This document shows, piece by piece, positions 1-9,519 of a stretch of DNA of 64,000 bases. Position 1 is the first letter of the stretch. Each line of letters opens with the position of its first letter. The translations under genes and the position numbers were made by a program. The notes beneath the pieces are model-generated. The model did no database searches, was not told where the DNA came from, and saw only the letters and a list, made by a program, of their open reading frames with translations. Source of the DNA: Monocercomonoides exilis PA203 (Eukaryota > Protista > Preaxostyla); contig LSRY02000019.1 of assembly GCA_001643675.2 (NCBI GenBank), forward strand, positions 496,001-560,000, given 5' to 3'.

Positions 1-529
1 AATAGCATTAAAATTTAATAATAATAAAATAAAATAATGCATTGTCCGCTTCACTTCACCACCAACTTCGCCTTTTCGCCTTGGTCACGAAGACCAGAGG
101 GCAGGGGGCATTGCCCCTCGGAGCTTTCTCCTGCAGTCAGTGCAGGGATCCGGTGAGGCGAGTATTCTGGTCGGAGCAGAAAGAAAAACCACTCTCGCTT
201 CCGCGAGGCGTGGAAAAGAAAACTGCGTGTATTATGCTCTGCCTCCCACTCTTCTGCTGCATCAGCAGAGCAACCCCAATCATCACACACTGCATATTAA
301 ATATTCAATTCTTCTCTGTAAAAACAATAATAGTCTTGTAAAGGAGTAGGATCATGCTTGAACTTTTTATTTATTTCCACGTTTCTCAAAAAAGGTTCTT
401 GGTGCACATTAATATCTTCGGGCGGTTGATCTCTTCCTCTATCCTTTTATATCTCGCCCTTTTTCTCGTCATATTCCTCCAAATATGTTTCTCTCTTACG
501 CACCCAGCCGCATGAGTCTCTCCATCCGC

Positions 530-633
530 GTTAGTATTATTTCGGAGCAAATCCTGCTCACTGCGTTCTATCAATTCGCAATAGAGCGAATATACGAACG
601 CAAGGAGCAGGTTTGCTCCTCAATAATGAGTTT
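530..633. repeat. Internal complementary region (ICR) candidate of element 1
   Basis: 573-633 is a perfect reverse complement of the 5' terminus. 535-568 is an imperfect inverted copy of 596-628, as expected for the half matching the other terminus. Confidence 0.75.
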
Positions 634-741
634 TGAAATCCCTCGTTCTCTTCTCTCCTCTGATCTTAAACCCTCCTGCCTAGCACCTTGTCGTGCGGCG
701 GATGAACAGAGGGACTGCGGATGAAGGTGCGGCCTCTATCC

Positions 742-3700
742 CTACTCCCTCCCCCTCTTGCTCTGTTTTCGGGGGGTTCTCGATCGGGTCTTCTGTACCT
801 GAGCGGGCATGACAATTTGTCCTATGCTTCTCTCTCCGCGTTTCCTCCGATCGGTCTCGAGTTTCTTCTGCAAGGCAGGTTGTCTGCCCTCCGCCAGCTC
901 CATGATGCTGCGGGGAATTATGGAAGGTGTCTCATCACCCCTGGTGGGTTGTGTTATATCGTCCTCATGATGCGAACTCTTCTCTCGAGTCGACCCTCGT
1001 CTCTTCAAATTCTTTCTCTCGCTCGTCTCCGCTTCTCCCCCGGATTGTGATGTTTCTTCCGGATACTCCTTTGTTTCAGATTCTGTATTCTCATTTGAAA
1101 TCTCTTTTCCTTTGCTGTCCTTCTCAGACTTTCCTCCCTTCTCTGCCAGGGGTACTGGGCCACCTATTGTCTCCAGGATCCATCTCGTGTCCTGAACTGG
1201 TAACACGGTGTAATACTCCTGGGCTGCTCTAGAGCCTGGCGCCCATCTCGCGTACGCATTGATTGCTTTCCAATCTGCATCTTGTTGTCTTGCTAAGTGT
1301 GTTATCACAGCGTGTCTTATCGAGTACGCGGTAAATGTGTCGTGTATTCCGTTCTCTCTCAGGACAGCCACTAATTCTTCTTTGATCCTCTGCAAGTTTG
1401 CAGGTTGCCTCCCCCTGAGATCGAACCACACATGTTCGTCTCTAAAGGTTGTCTTTATATAATCCATCCAGCGTTGGAGCGCTACAACCGCATCGATACG
1501 TGGGTTCGGATGCTTATTTATAATAACCTTAACAGTCTCTCCCCCTGATGTTTTCGTTCGTCCTTGTGTCTGGACTAAATCCTCTTTAAGTATCGTTGTC
1601 CCTCTTCTCATCCTCTCCAGCTCTGCTGGTCTTAACGCACCAAATATCATAGTTAAAATTAGAGCCCTCCTTTGGAGGGTCTGTGGGTCTTTCATATCGT
1701 GAGTGGCCTCAGCCCATTTCGTGATGATTGTCAAGTCCCACATCGATTTGTATCGTTTGCCTCTTCTTGGTTTCTCCCCCACATAGGTCTTTAGAAATGT
1801 CTCTATGTCTTTCACGTCAACCTTAGTCTCTCTGAAGAGGTTAATAGAATCCAGCACCTTCCGTACTGTCTGATTTATCACTCCACTTGAGAGGTTTGTA
1901 TTCGCAAGTGTTTCGATGAACTCTGCCATAATCCATTTAGCATCTTTCGTTGTGAGGGGGTCAGTGTCATCCATGCTCTCCTTATCAAGGAATTGTTTGA
2001 ATCTTCGCAGGGCTCTCCACGTATCTCTCTCACTCTTCTGATTTCTAAGTATTGCTGCTGCTATGTCTTTTGCTCCAACGTGTTCTCCCCATGTTAAGAA
2101 GAGGTCTCTCCCCTGAATATTCTCTTCTCCAGTATAACGCTTATTACCTCTCCTGGGGGTAATTTCCAGCCTTCCCTTCTCATCTTCGTTCCCGGTGTCA
2201 TGCACTCCTGAAAGGTCCCCAGGGTCTTTGTCAAATGCCCAGGCTGCAGTAGCGGGGTCCAGGTCTGCCCCCGCCAGTCTGGCAGAATCAGAATCGTTAG
2301 TTCCCTCTGGGCTTCCTTCATCTTCTCTTTCAACACACGTCCAATATTTCTCAGGAACGGGTGGACTAGCACTATCTCGTTTCCTTGCATTTCTCTCCCT
2401 CTCTTCTTTCTCAGAGAGGATAGTCTCCAAGAACATCCGCAGGGCACTGGCGCAATCGGTTCTGAAATTGTTTCTAGTGTTTTCGGTGCGATTGTCTGTA
2501 ATATCTCTGCAACTTTCTCTCCCTTCAGTGCGTAGTCCGGCTTCTTCGCCATCCAGCTGAGTGTATCTGCTTCTGTGTTTTGTTCTCCCGGGAAATGTTC
2601 CGTCTGTGTTGTAATGTCCAGGCTGTTCAGCTTCTTCTCTAATGCTCTCAGTGTTGGGATGAGTGATGGCGCTCCCCTCTTCTTCTGTATTGTCCATCTG
2701 GTGGACATGTTGTCTGTCTTCAGACGAATATGGTCTATCTTCTGTTGTTGCAGCCATGCTTCCTTTTTCTCTTGAGCCCTCAACACTGCCCTGGACTCCA
2801 TCTCGTTTATTGCAAGCGTGCTTTCCTGGAGGGCCCAACTCCCGTGGACATATATTTTCTCCTCTTTGTTCTCTGTTGGTATTGTTAATACTGCACCCCA
2901 TCCCAGCTCCGAAGCGTCCGTTGTTAGCTCTGCTGGTCTGTTCCTTCTCCTCAGACTCCTTGGTCTGTTCTCTCGCAGAGTTTTCCTCCAATGTGTTAAT
3001 TCTCCTAACATCATTGGGTTGGGTATCACTGTCCCGTTCCAGCCTCCGCGGGCTATTGCATGCCTCAGCACGTATTGCATGCGCTTCATCCACAAGCTCG
3101 CTGGTGGGTGTTGTAACCTCACAAAATTCAGCCTCCCGAGGGGTGCTGCTAAGTCCCTCGTCTTTTGTCTCCTTCTTTCCTTTGCATGTGCTATCCATTT
3201 TCGCACATCCTCCAGGAGCAGCACTCTCTTCCTTTCTTGGAGCTTCACTTCCATTTTTTCCGAGTTCCAAAGCAATCACAGGAACTCCACGCTCCTTGCG
3301 GGTTCTAGCTTCAGCTTCTCCTCCGACAGTATCCAGCCCAGATTTCTCAGGAACTGGGCTATCTCCTGTGAGATCGATCTCAATGCATCCCTGTCTGGGT
3401 GCATGAGGAGGATGTCGTCCAGATATATCACCAGCTTTACCATCCAATGTTCTCTGATATATGACGCTGCCCGTCTCATTATCTTCGTGAATACTCTGGG
3501 CGCGTCCTTTGCTCCAAATGGCATCCCCACGTAAGTGTAGCATTGCTTTTGGAAGCTGAAGCACAGAAAGGGACTGAACTGCTCGTCCACTTTGACATGT
3601 TGATAAGCACTCGATATGTCGAGCGTGGTCATCCAATCGTTCTCCTCCAGGAGTTCCACAACTGTCTCCTGGGAATCCATCTTGAAGTGTTTCCCTAGCA

Positions 3701-3936
3701 CTTCCTCGTTTAAAATTCTGCAATCCAGGATCTTTCTCCACTTTCCGTTCTTCTTCCGGACCATAAATGTCGGGTTGAACCACTTTACCTCCGACTCCTG
3801 TATGGGTTTCACCACTCCTTCTTTCACTTCCTCCTCTAAGAGGGATAAATAATTGTTTGTCATCTCTGTTGTTCCCCGAAATTCTTGTCTGTGTTTTCTC
3901 TCCTCGAGTGAGATTGGGGATTGGGGACTCATCCAT
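742..3936 (-). CDS. Tyrosine recombinase ORF; YR domain in the C-terminal part, N-terminal part overlaps pol in another frame
   Basis: Motifs GALRPAEL (R), TKTS (K), YSIRH (HxxR position), ARW (W) and EYY (Y) in integrase order. Confidence 0.9.
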   Translation of the reverse strand: MDESPIPNLTRGEKTQTRISGNNRDDKQLFIPLRGGSERRSGETHTGVGGKVVQPDIYGPEEERKVEKDPGLQNFKRGSARETLQDGFPGDSCGTPGGERLDDHARHIECLSTCQSGRAVQSLSVLQLPKAMLHLRGDAIWSKGRAQSIHEDNETGSVIYQRTLDGKAGDISGRHPPHAPRQGCIEIDLTGDSPVPEKSGLDTVGGEAEARTRKERGVPVIALELGKNGSEAPRKEESAAPGGCAKMDSTCKGKKETKDEGLSSTPREAEFCEVTTPTSELVDEAHAIRAEACNSPRRLERDSDTQPNDVRRINTLEENSAREQTKESEEKEQTSRANNGRFGAGMGCSINNTNREQRGENICPRELGPPGKHACNKRDGVQGSVEGSREKGSMAATTEDRPYSSEDRQHVHQMDNTEEEGSAITHPNTESIREEAEQPGHYNTDGTFPGRTKHRSRYTQLDGEEAGLRTEGRESCRDITDNRTENTRNNFRTDCASALRMFLETILSEKEERERNARKRDSASPPVPEKYWTCVEREDEGSPEGTNDSDSARLAGADLDPATAAWAFDKDPGDLSGVHDTGNEDEKGRLEITPRRGNKRYTGEENIQGRDLFLTWGEHVGAKDIAAAILRNQKSERDTWRALRRFKQFLDKESMDDTDPLTTKDAKWIMAEFIETLANTNLSSGVINQTVRKVLDSINLFRETKVDVKDIETFLKTYVGEKPRRGKRYKSMWDLTIITKWAEATHDMKDPQTLQRRALILTMIFGALRPAELERMRRGTTILKEDLVQTQGRTKTSGGETVKVIINKHPNPRIDAVVALQRWMDYIKTTFRDEHVWFDLRGRQPANLQRIKEELVAVLRENGIHDTFTAYSIRHAVITHLARQQDADWKAINAYARWAPGSRAAQEYYTVLPVQDTRWILETIGGPVPLAEKGGKSEKDSKGKEISNENTESETKEYPEETSQSGGEAETSERKNLKRRGSTREKSSHHEDDITQPTRGDETPSIIPRSIMELAEGRQPALQKKLETDRRKRGERSIGQIVMPAQVQKTRSRTPRKQSKRGRE

Positions 3937-5378
3937 CGTGCTTTAATACCACGGCTCACTAATTTGTCTCCCCCAATCTTCCTCCACTCGTTCAGCCTGT
4001 TCACCAGTCTCCCAGGAAGTGGCTCCTTCGGTGGTCCCACTGCTACGCAACTCCCCACTTCTGGTGTCCTTTGACCAGTCTGTATCTGTGCGGTCTCTTT
4101 CCCTTCGAGAGTATCTGCAGTAGCTATCTTCCAGCTCTCCTCCAGGGCGCTCCCAATTAGGGACTCGATAACAGTCCCAGAAGCTCTCAAGGCTCTCTTC
4201 ACTACCTCCCTCTCGGGTTCCTGATCGTTCATCTGTACTGTCCCGTGGGGATATACGGAGTCTTCCTCTGTGTTTTCTCTCCTTGTTCCCCTCTCGCAAT
4301 CTATCGAGCTTTCTATCTCTATCCTCTTCTTTTGGTCGGAAGAGCTCAATGCCTCTTCGTTGCTCTCGCAGACTTCCCAGGGTTCCTCCCCTGTGCTTGT
4401 CTGTCTATTGATTGGGACCTCCCGTAGTACTGTCATTCCCCTGAACTCTGACAGCGTCATGTCCGTCCATGTCTCGCGGCGAAGCGCGGCTCTCTCTTCT
4501 CTCTCTGTCTCGCGGCAAAGCGCGGCTCTCTCTTCTCTCTCTGTCTCGCGGCAAAGCGCGGCTCTCTCTTCTCTCTCTGTCTCGCGGCAAAGCGCGGCTC
4601 TCTCTTCTCTCTCTGTCTCGCGGCAAAGCGCGGCTCTCTCTTCTCTCTCTGTCTCGCGGCATAGCGCGACTCTCTCTTCTCTCTCTGTCTCGCGGCAAAG
4701 CGCGGCTCTCTCTTCTCTCTCTGTCTCGCGGCAAAGCGCGGCTCTCTCTACTCTCTCTGTCTCGCGGCAAAGCGCGGCTCTCTCTTCTCTCTCTGTCTCG
4801 CGAAAAAGCGCGGCTCTCTCTTCTCTCTCTGTCTCGCGGCAAAGCGCGGCTCTCTCTTCTCTCTCTGTCTCGCGGCAAAGCGCGGCTCTCTCTTCTCTCT
4901 CTGTCTCGCGGCAAAGCGCGGCTCTCTCTTCTCTCTCTGTCTCGCGGCATAGCGCGGCTCTCTCTTCTCTCTCTGTCTCGCGGCAAAGCGCGGCTCTCTC
5001 TTCTCTCTCTGTCTCGCGGCGAAGCGCGGCTCTTTCTACGCCCACTGGCTCGTACCAGAAGCTGTTCCTGCTGCTGATTCTCCCTGTGTCCTCGGGGAGG
5101 CTGGAGGAAGGGGGACTGTGAACGAGGGGGCTCTCCCAGCTGTTGCTGGGGCCTGTTGTGGTCGAGTTTGTGTTGACCTCCTTCTTTGTTTGAAATTTGA
5201 GAAGCTTCCTTCGAAACCTTGCTTCTGGAATTGTCTGTAGGCAAAACCTTGAGCGTTCCTGCCTGTGCTGTACCTCCCTGAGCGCCCGCCCCTGACTGGG
5301 GCGAGGCCGAAGGTTGTGGGAGAAGCGGGGGATGCTCCATATCCTGGAGCATCCCCCCCTGGACGAAAAAAGCTGGTG
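2094..5378 (-). CDS. pol: reverse transcriptase, RNase H and methyltransferase-like domain; one in-frame TGA at 3276-3278
   Basis: RT: WRKILDCR, LDISSAYQHV, MPFG, YLDD. RNase H: TTDASELGWG, INEME, KTDN, NTEADTLS. MT-like: LILPDWRGQTW. ORFs 3276..5045 and 2094..3275 share a frame, which stays open up to the TAG at 5379-5381. Confidence 0.92.
4471..5035. repeat. 36-bp tandem array, about 16 near-identical units
   Basis: Unit gtctcgcggcaaagcgcggctctctcttctctctct; encodes (EREERAALCRET)n in the pol frame. Confidence 0.97.
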
Positions 5379-6289
5379 CTATCCACCAGTCTCCTGAAAC
5401 TCTCTGGGATGTCCTTGGACATTCCCCCGTCCAGAAAACACTTCACGTTCTCCCAGCTTGACTGAGGGATAACTTTCAGCAAGTTTATGCGGCTAATACA
5501 GTCTGCTATTAGGGCGTACGCGCAAAAGAGCCCCCTCAGTCGCTCTTTCTCTTCTTCCTCTAGGCGCGTCTTTTTCAATTCTCTTGTAGTGAGGGCTGCA
5601 ATCGCCTTCGCGGCTTCAAACCCCGATTCCAGGGCGGGCTGAAGCAGCTCGATAACCCGAGCGGCTTCTGGAGAGTCTTTTCTTCCCTCAGCAGTGACCC
5701 CCGTCACTGCTAAGGCGTTCCAACTGATGTCAGTGTGTCTTGTAAAAAAGTTCTTCTCCGTCTCCGGGATAAAGGTATTCAGGATATCATCATTTATTCT
5801 GATAGATCCGGCTTTGCAAAAGTCCATGAATCTCTTCAGTTCTCCTGCTTGTCTCCTAGGCGTTAACCATTCGTCTGGGAAAATTCCCAAGAAATCTTCG
5901 GATCTATCTTGCTCTTCTTCCCGCTTTTCTGTGTTTTCGGAATCGCTCTCGCTGGTTTCTACATCGTCCCATTTCTTCATCTGGTTACGACCGCGACTGC
6001 CCCTCAATCGCTGTCTGTGTCTCTTCTTTGCGATCATCTCTGTGTCATCAGATTCGGACTCAGATTCGCTTGATCCCGATAGAGATCTTCCTCTTGGTCG
6101 TTCCCTCTTCATCTTTCTCACTGGTAATATTCCTACTGCTCCCGAGCGGCTCGGAACTGCTCGACTTCTCGCCATTTCCTCAATCAAATTTTCTACTCTT
6201 GAAAGTCTAATTGCAAGATCAAATCCTCTGTCCTCGCTGTTACTGGTTTCCATTCTAACAGGATCCTGTGTCATTATTACTGCGGACAA
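5036..6289 (-). CDS. gag-like ORF1 of element 1 (first ATG near 6274)
   Basis: 417-aa ORF just inside the 5' terminus, overlapping the pol frame; assigned by position. Confidence 0.75.
   Translation of the reverse strand: MSAVIMTQDPVRMETSNSEDRGFDLAIRLSRVENLIEEMARSRAVPSRSGAVGILPVRKMKRERPRGRSLSGSSESESESDDTEMIAKKRHRQRLRGSRGRNQMKKWDDVETSESDSENTEKREEEQDRSEDFLGIFPDEWLTPRRQAGELKRFMDFCKAGSIRINDDILNTFIPETEKNFFTRHTDISWNALAVTGVTAEGRKDSPEAARVIELLQPALESGFEAAKAIAALTTRELKKTRLEEEEKERLRGLFCAYALIADCISRINLLKVIPQSSWENVKCFLDGGMSKDIPESFRRLVDSTSFFRPGGDAPGYGASPASPTTFGLAPVRGGRSGRYSTGRNAQGFAYRQFQKQGFEGSFSNFKQRRRSTQTRPQQAPATAGRAPSFTVPLPPASPRTQGESAAGTASGTSQWA
5327..5381 (-). promoter_or_regulatory. Putative -1 ribosomal frameshift signal (gag to pol), element 1
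   Basis: C_UUU_UUU_CGU in the gag frame, 8-nt spacer, perfect 13-bp stem GGGGGAUGCUCCA/UGGAGCAUCCCCC; same layout in element 2. Confidence 0.7.
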
Positions 6290-6320
6290 TGGTGTGTAAC
6301 AAAGGTTTATTTGTTAGCGA

Positions 6321-6414
6321 AGTTTGATCTTAAACCACCCATAATTTAAGATCAAACTCATTATTGAGGAGCAAACCTGCTCCTTGCGTTCGTATATTCG
6401 CTCTATTGCGAATT
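6321..6414. repeat. 5' terminal region of element 1 with hairpins
   Basis: 14-bp perfect stem 6321-6334/6345-6358; short stem ggagca/tgctcc at 6368-6383; the last 61 bp match the ICR. Confidence 0.8.
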
Positions 6415-8287
6415 AACTATGAAATAATTATTAATATTTCGAAAAATTAATCTTTTGCATACTCATGCTTTGTTTCTTTTTGAAATTACCTGATTTAAAT
6501 TATTTCAATAATTCTTCGAAGGAAAAGTATAATTCAGTTGAATCAAATGAATAAGCAATTCAATGGCGCAAATTTTAGATTTCTGTATTTTTCTTTTGAA
6601 ATTTTTAAATTGACTTTTTCGTTTAACAATCTCGAGTCTGAAAGAGCATTTTATATGTTTAAATCCAGTTGGGTGGAATTAGATTGATTCAAATTCTGCT
6701 GGCAGGCAATATTGCATTTTTGTTTTTTCGTTGACGGATTGTTTTCTTTTCTTGTGTCTTTTTCGATTTATTTGTTGTCTTTGTGTGTTACTCATCAAAT
6801 AACTTTATTATTTGATTATTGAATTGAATGTTCTGAATAGAAAATTAATCATATAAATATTTTTGAAAAATTAATCATAAAATATTAATCATAAATGTGA
6901 AAAAAGCAAACTTCAATTGAAATCAAGGATCTCACAATATCTTATGTTGAATTATTTTTCTGATGAAATTCTTTATTTGAAGAAAATGAAATTTGTTCTG
7001 CTTAAAGAACTCATGAAATATCCATTGTACAAGTTCAATTCCCTTTTAAGATTTGCGGCTTCAAGCATTGAAATTGTTTTGACAATGCTCGTATCATCCC
7101 ACATCCTCTCATCTTTTTTCTTTAAAAGCATTCCAATTTGCATCCCATAATATTTGAAGAAAACCAATTGGTATTTCAGTCATATAGCTATGATGTTCTT
7201 AGCATTTTATTATGGGGGCTAAATTGTCCAAAAATCTGATGGGATGGGTCATCCTCAAGCCTATTGCTCAAAATCTTCAAAAAAAATATTCGCATGAAAT
7301 TAAAGCAAAAATGGAATAATGTGTGAATATATGAATATAAAAACTTCATGCAAATTTGGGCTCGATATGGAATTCCTGTAAAAACTTAAGAAAAGTCATT
7401 TTCTGACATTTTCCTTGAGCCGCTCTGTAAATTTCGTGAACAGCCTTACTCTTCCCATATCTGCTTCAATGCTCACTGTCTAGTTGCTAATTCCGCAACA
7501 AAGTTGCAAGTCCAGTAGCTCCAGCCTCAAATAAAAAAAGAAAGGCAAAGGAAAGATGTGCCGAAGCTATTTCGCCTAAAAGTATTCCACAATTGAGTTG
7601 CTTTAAAACTGCTTATAGATTACGTGTGAATATTGAATAATGATGATTTCGCAATAAAGGAAGAATATCCTCCAATGCGTTCAAAAAAGACTTCTTGAAT
7701 TGATTTTGTTTTTCTCTTTTTTCTTATGGGGCAATGTTTTTTTCATAAGTTATTTATTTATTGAAAACATTCAAAAAAGCAAACAAAGCCATGAAACAAG
7801 AAAAAACATTTGGGACGAAAATTTTAGCAAATTGAATTATATTTCTATCGCTTTTTTCTTCAATTTTTCTGTAAAATTATTTTATTATTATTATTTACAA
7901 TAATTCATTTGAATGCTAAACTTGTAATTATTTAATATAGAAAATTGTTGGTACAAAGCATGGTTTTTTTGCAAACAAAACAATTTCCCAATCTCAGGTT
8001 CGATAATCCATTTAGCACTTCAAATTGATTATAAATTTATTTTCATAACAAAAAAATGAGTTGAAATTGGAAATGAACAAACAATGTTAATCACTTTTCC
8101 TATTGAAAGGTTCAAAAAAAAATTTTAAATATTTAAGTCATTCAATTATTTTTTCAAAATTAAATTTGACAATACTTTGGAAAAAATAAATATTTTGAGA
8201 AGTGTTAATTTCTAAAAAAAAAAAAAAAAGAAAGAAAGAAAGAAAAAGTTTTTTTTATTGTGAGTGTTGTGATATATTTTGTATCCT

Positions 8288-9519
8288 TTACGCTTCACTT
8301 TTCTGCTTTTTCTTTTTTATAATTTTGAGCCCTCCGTCAAGTCTTTTTTGAACCTAAAAACAAATTAAATGAATAATTTGAATAATAATTTAAAAAAATA
8401 TTTTTTTTTATAATTAATATGAATTTGCGAAATACATGTGCATTTGGATTTTTGAAAATACATGCATATTAACAAAATTAAATTCTAACATTAAAATCCA
8501 AAACAAAAACAAACCATCTTCCAGTCGATATGCCTAACATAATTTGTAAGATATTCCTTTCTCCCTGTAATTCCAAAATCTCTGATAAACCCATGTTCCC
8601 ACATATCAATTACCAATAAAGGATGCAAAGTTGCAATTGCAGAAATATCATTTCCATTTAAAAATCCAAGAAGCAATTCTTCTGTGTCGTAGTTAAGAAG
8701 AAGTGTAATCCATCCAATTCCTCCATCATTTTGGCCAAGCTCAATTATGTCCGACTGTAATGCCTGTATAGATTTACCGTACTGATATTAAAAAAAAATA
8801 AGATACATACAAAAACAAGCAACACAATTATAGTTTGTGGGGAATGTTGTTAAAAAATTAAGCATTCTTTGAATGATATCATTAAACATACATGTTCTTC
8901 AACAAAACTCTTCAATTTATCAGATGGCTCAGTCGCATTTGGATTAGTGTTCATGAAAAACAATTCATGAAGAACAATTACTGCATATTCATAAGCAAGT
9001 CTTCCATTCACATCTTGTAACTGCTGCTCCGATAGTGCAGGTTCCTATTGAAAATGTTTTCATGACATTTGACAAAACATTTTCATCAACCATGAATTAT
9101 TTGAAATCAAAATCGTGATTAAAACATATAAATAAAAAAAATTTTTTTTGTTCATCATACATGTGATTCACTGAGGAATCGCCTTAAAGCATTAAACGAT
9201 GCAACACTTGCTACAAATGTTTTTTTGGAAAAGACTAAATAACGAAGCTTCACAATAATAAAAGAAAACCCTCATAAAGTTTGAAGTGATCATTAATTGT
9301 TGTCAAAGACATGGCAGAGATCGGTCCACTTTGAAGATTTTTCAAAATAAATTGTTGAGGTTTATAAGGAGTAACTTCAGTTTTTGCCTGCATTGGTTTT
9401 AACAGCCTGGAGTGACCCTGATACTTTGCATTATCTAAGGCAGGATCTTTTTCATAAAATGCACTAATGCATGCTTTTTTCATTTCCGCAGAAATTGAAC
9501 TTGAAGGTTTTAAGTCCAT
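8288..9519 (-). CDS. Fe/Mn superoxide dismutase family protein (about 5 exons)
   Basis: Spliced reading gives INDHFKLYEG...VLHELFF...GGIGW...PLLVIDMWEHGFIRDFG...IDWKMVQKRL. All four metal ligands are present; GT-AG introns. Confidence 0.85.

Larger units (their letters stand above)
1..6414 (-). mobile_element. DIRS-like tyrosine-recombinase retrotransposon, element 1 (3' end probably left of the window)
   Basis: Gag-like ORF, RT (YLDD), RNase H, MT-like tail and an overlapping YR ORF in DIRS order. 573-633 is the exact 61-bp reverse complement of 6354-6414. Composition drops to AT-rich host DNA after 6414. Confidence 0.93.

Noticed and set aside
40-49. 10-bp inverted match to 6282-6291 as an ITR boundary
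   Set aside because: Flanks do not extend the match; it may be chance.
60-275. Hammerhead ribozyme
   Set aside because: No CUGANGA...GAAA core on either strand.
4471-5035. 36-bp repeats as a CRISPR array
   Set aside because: Units are contiguous with no unique spacers; no cas genes; eukaryotic context.
5192-5198. Canonical slippery heptamer A_AAU_UUC in the gag frame
   Set aside because: Correct phase, but no strong downstream structure and no counterpart in element 2; at most a secondary site.
6950-7700. Possible decayed gene
   Set aside because: No recognisable motif in manual translation.
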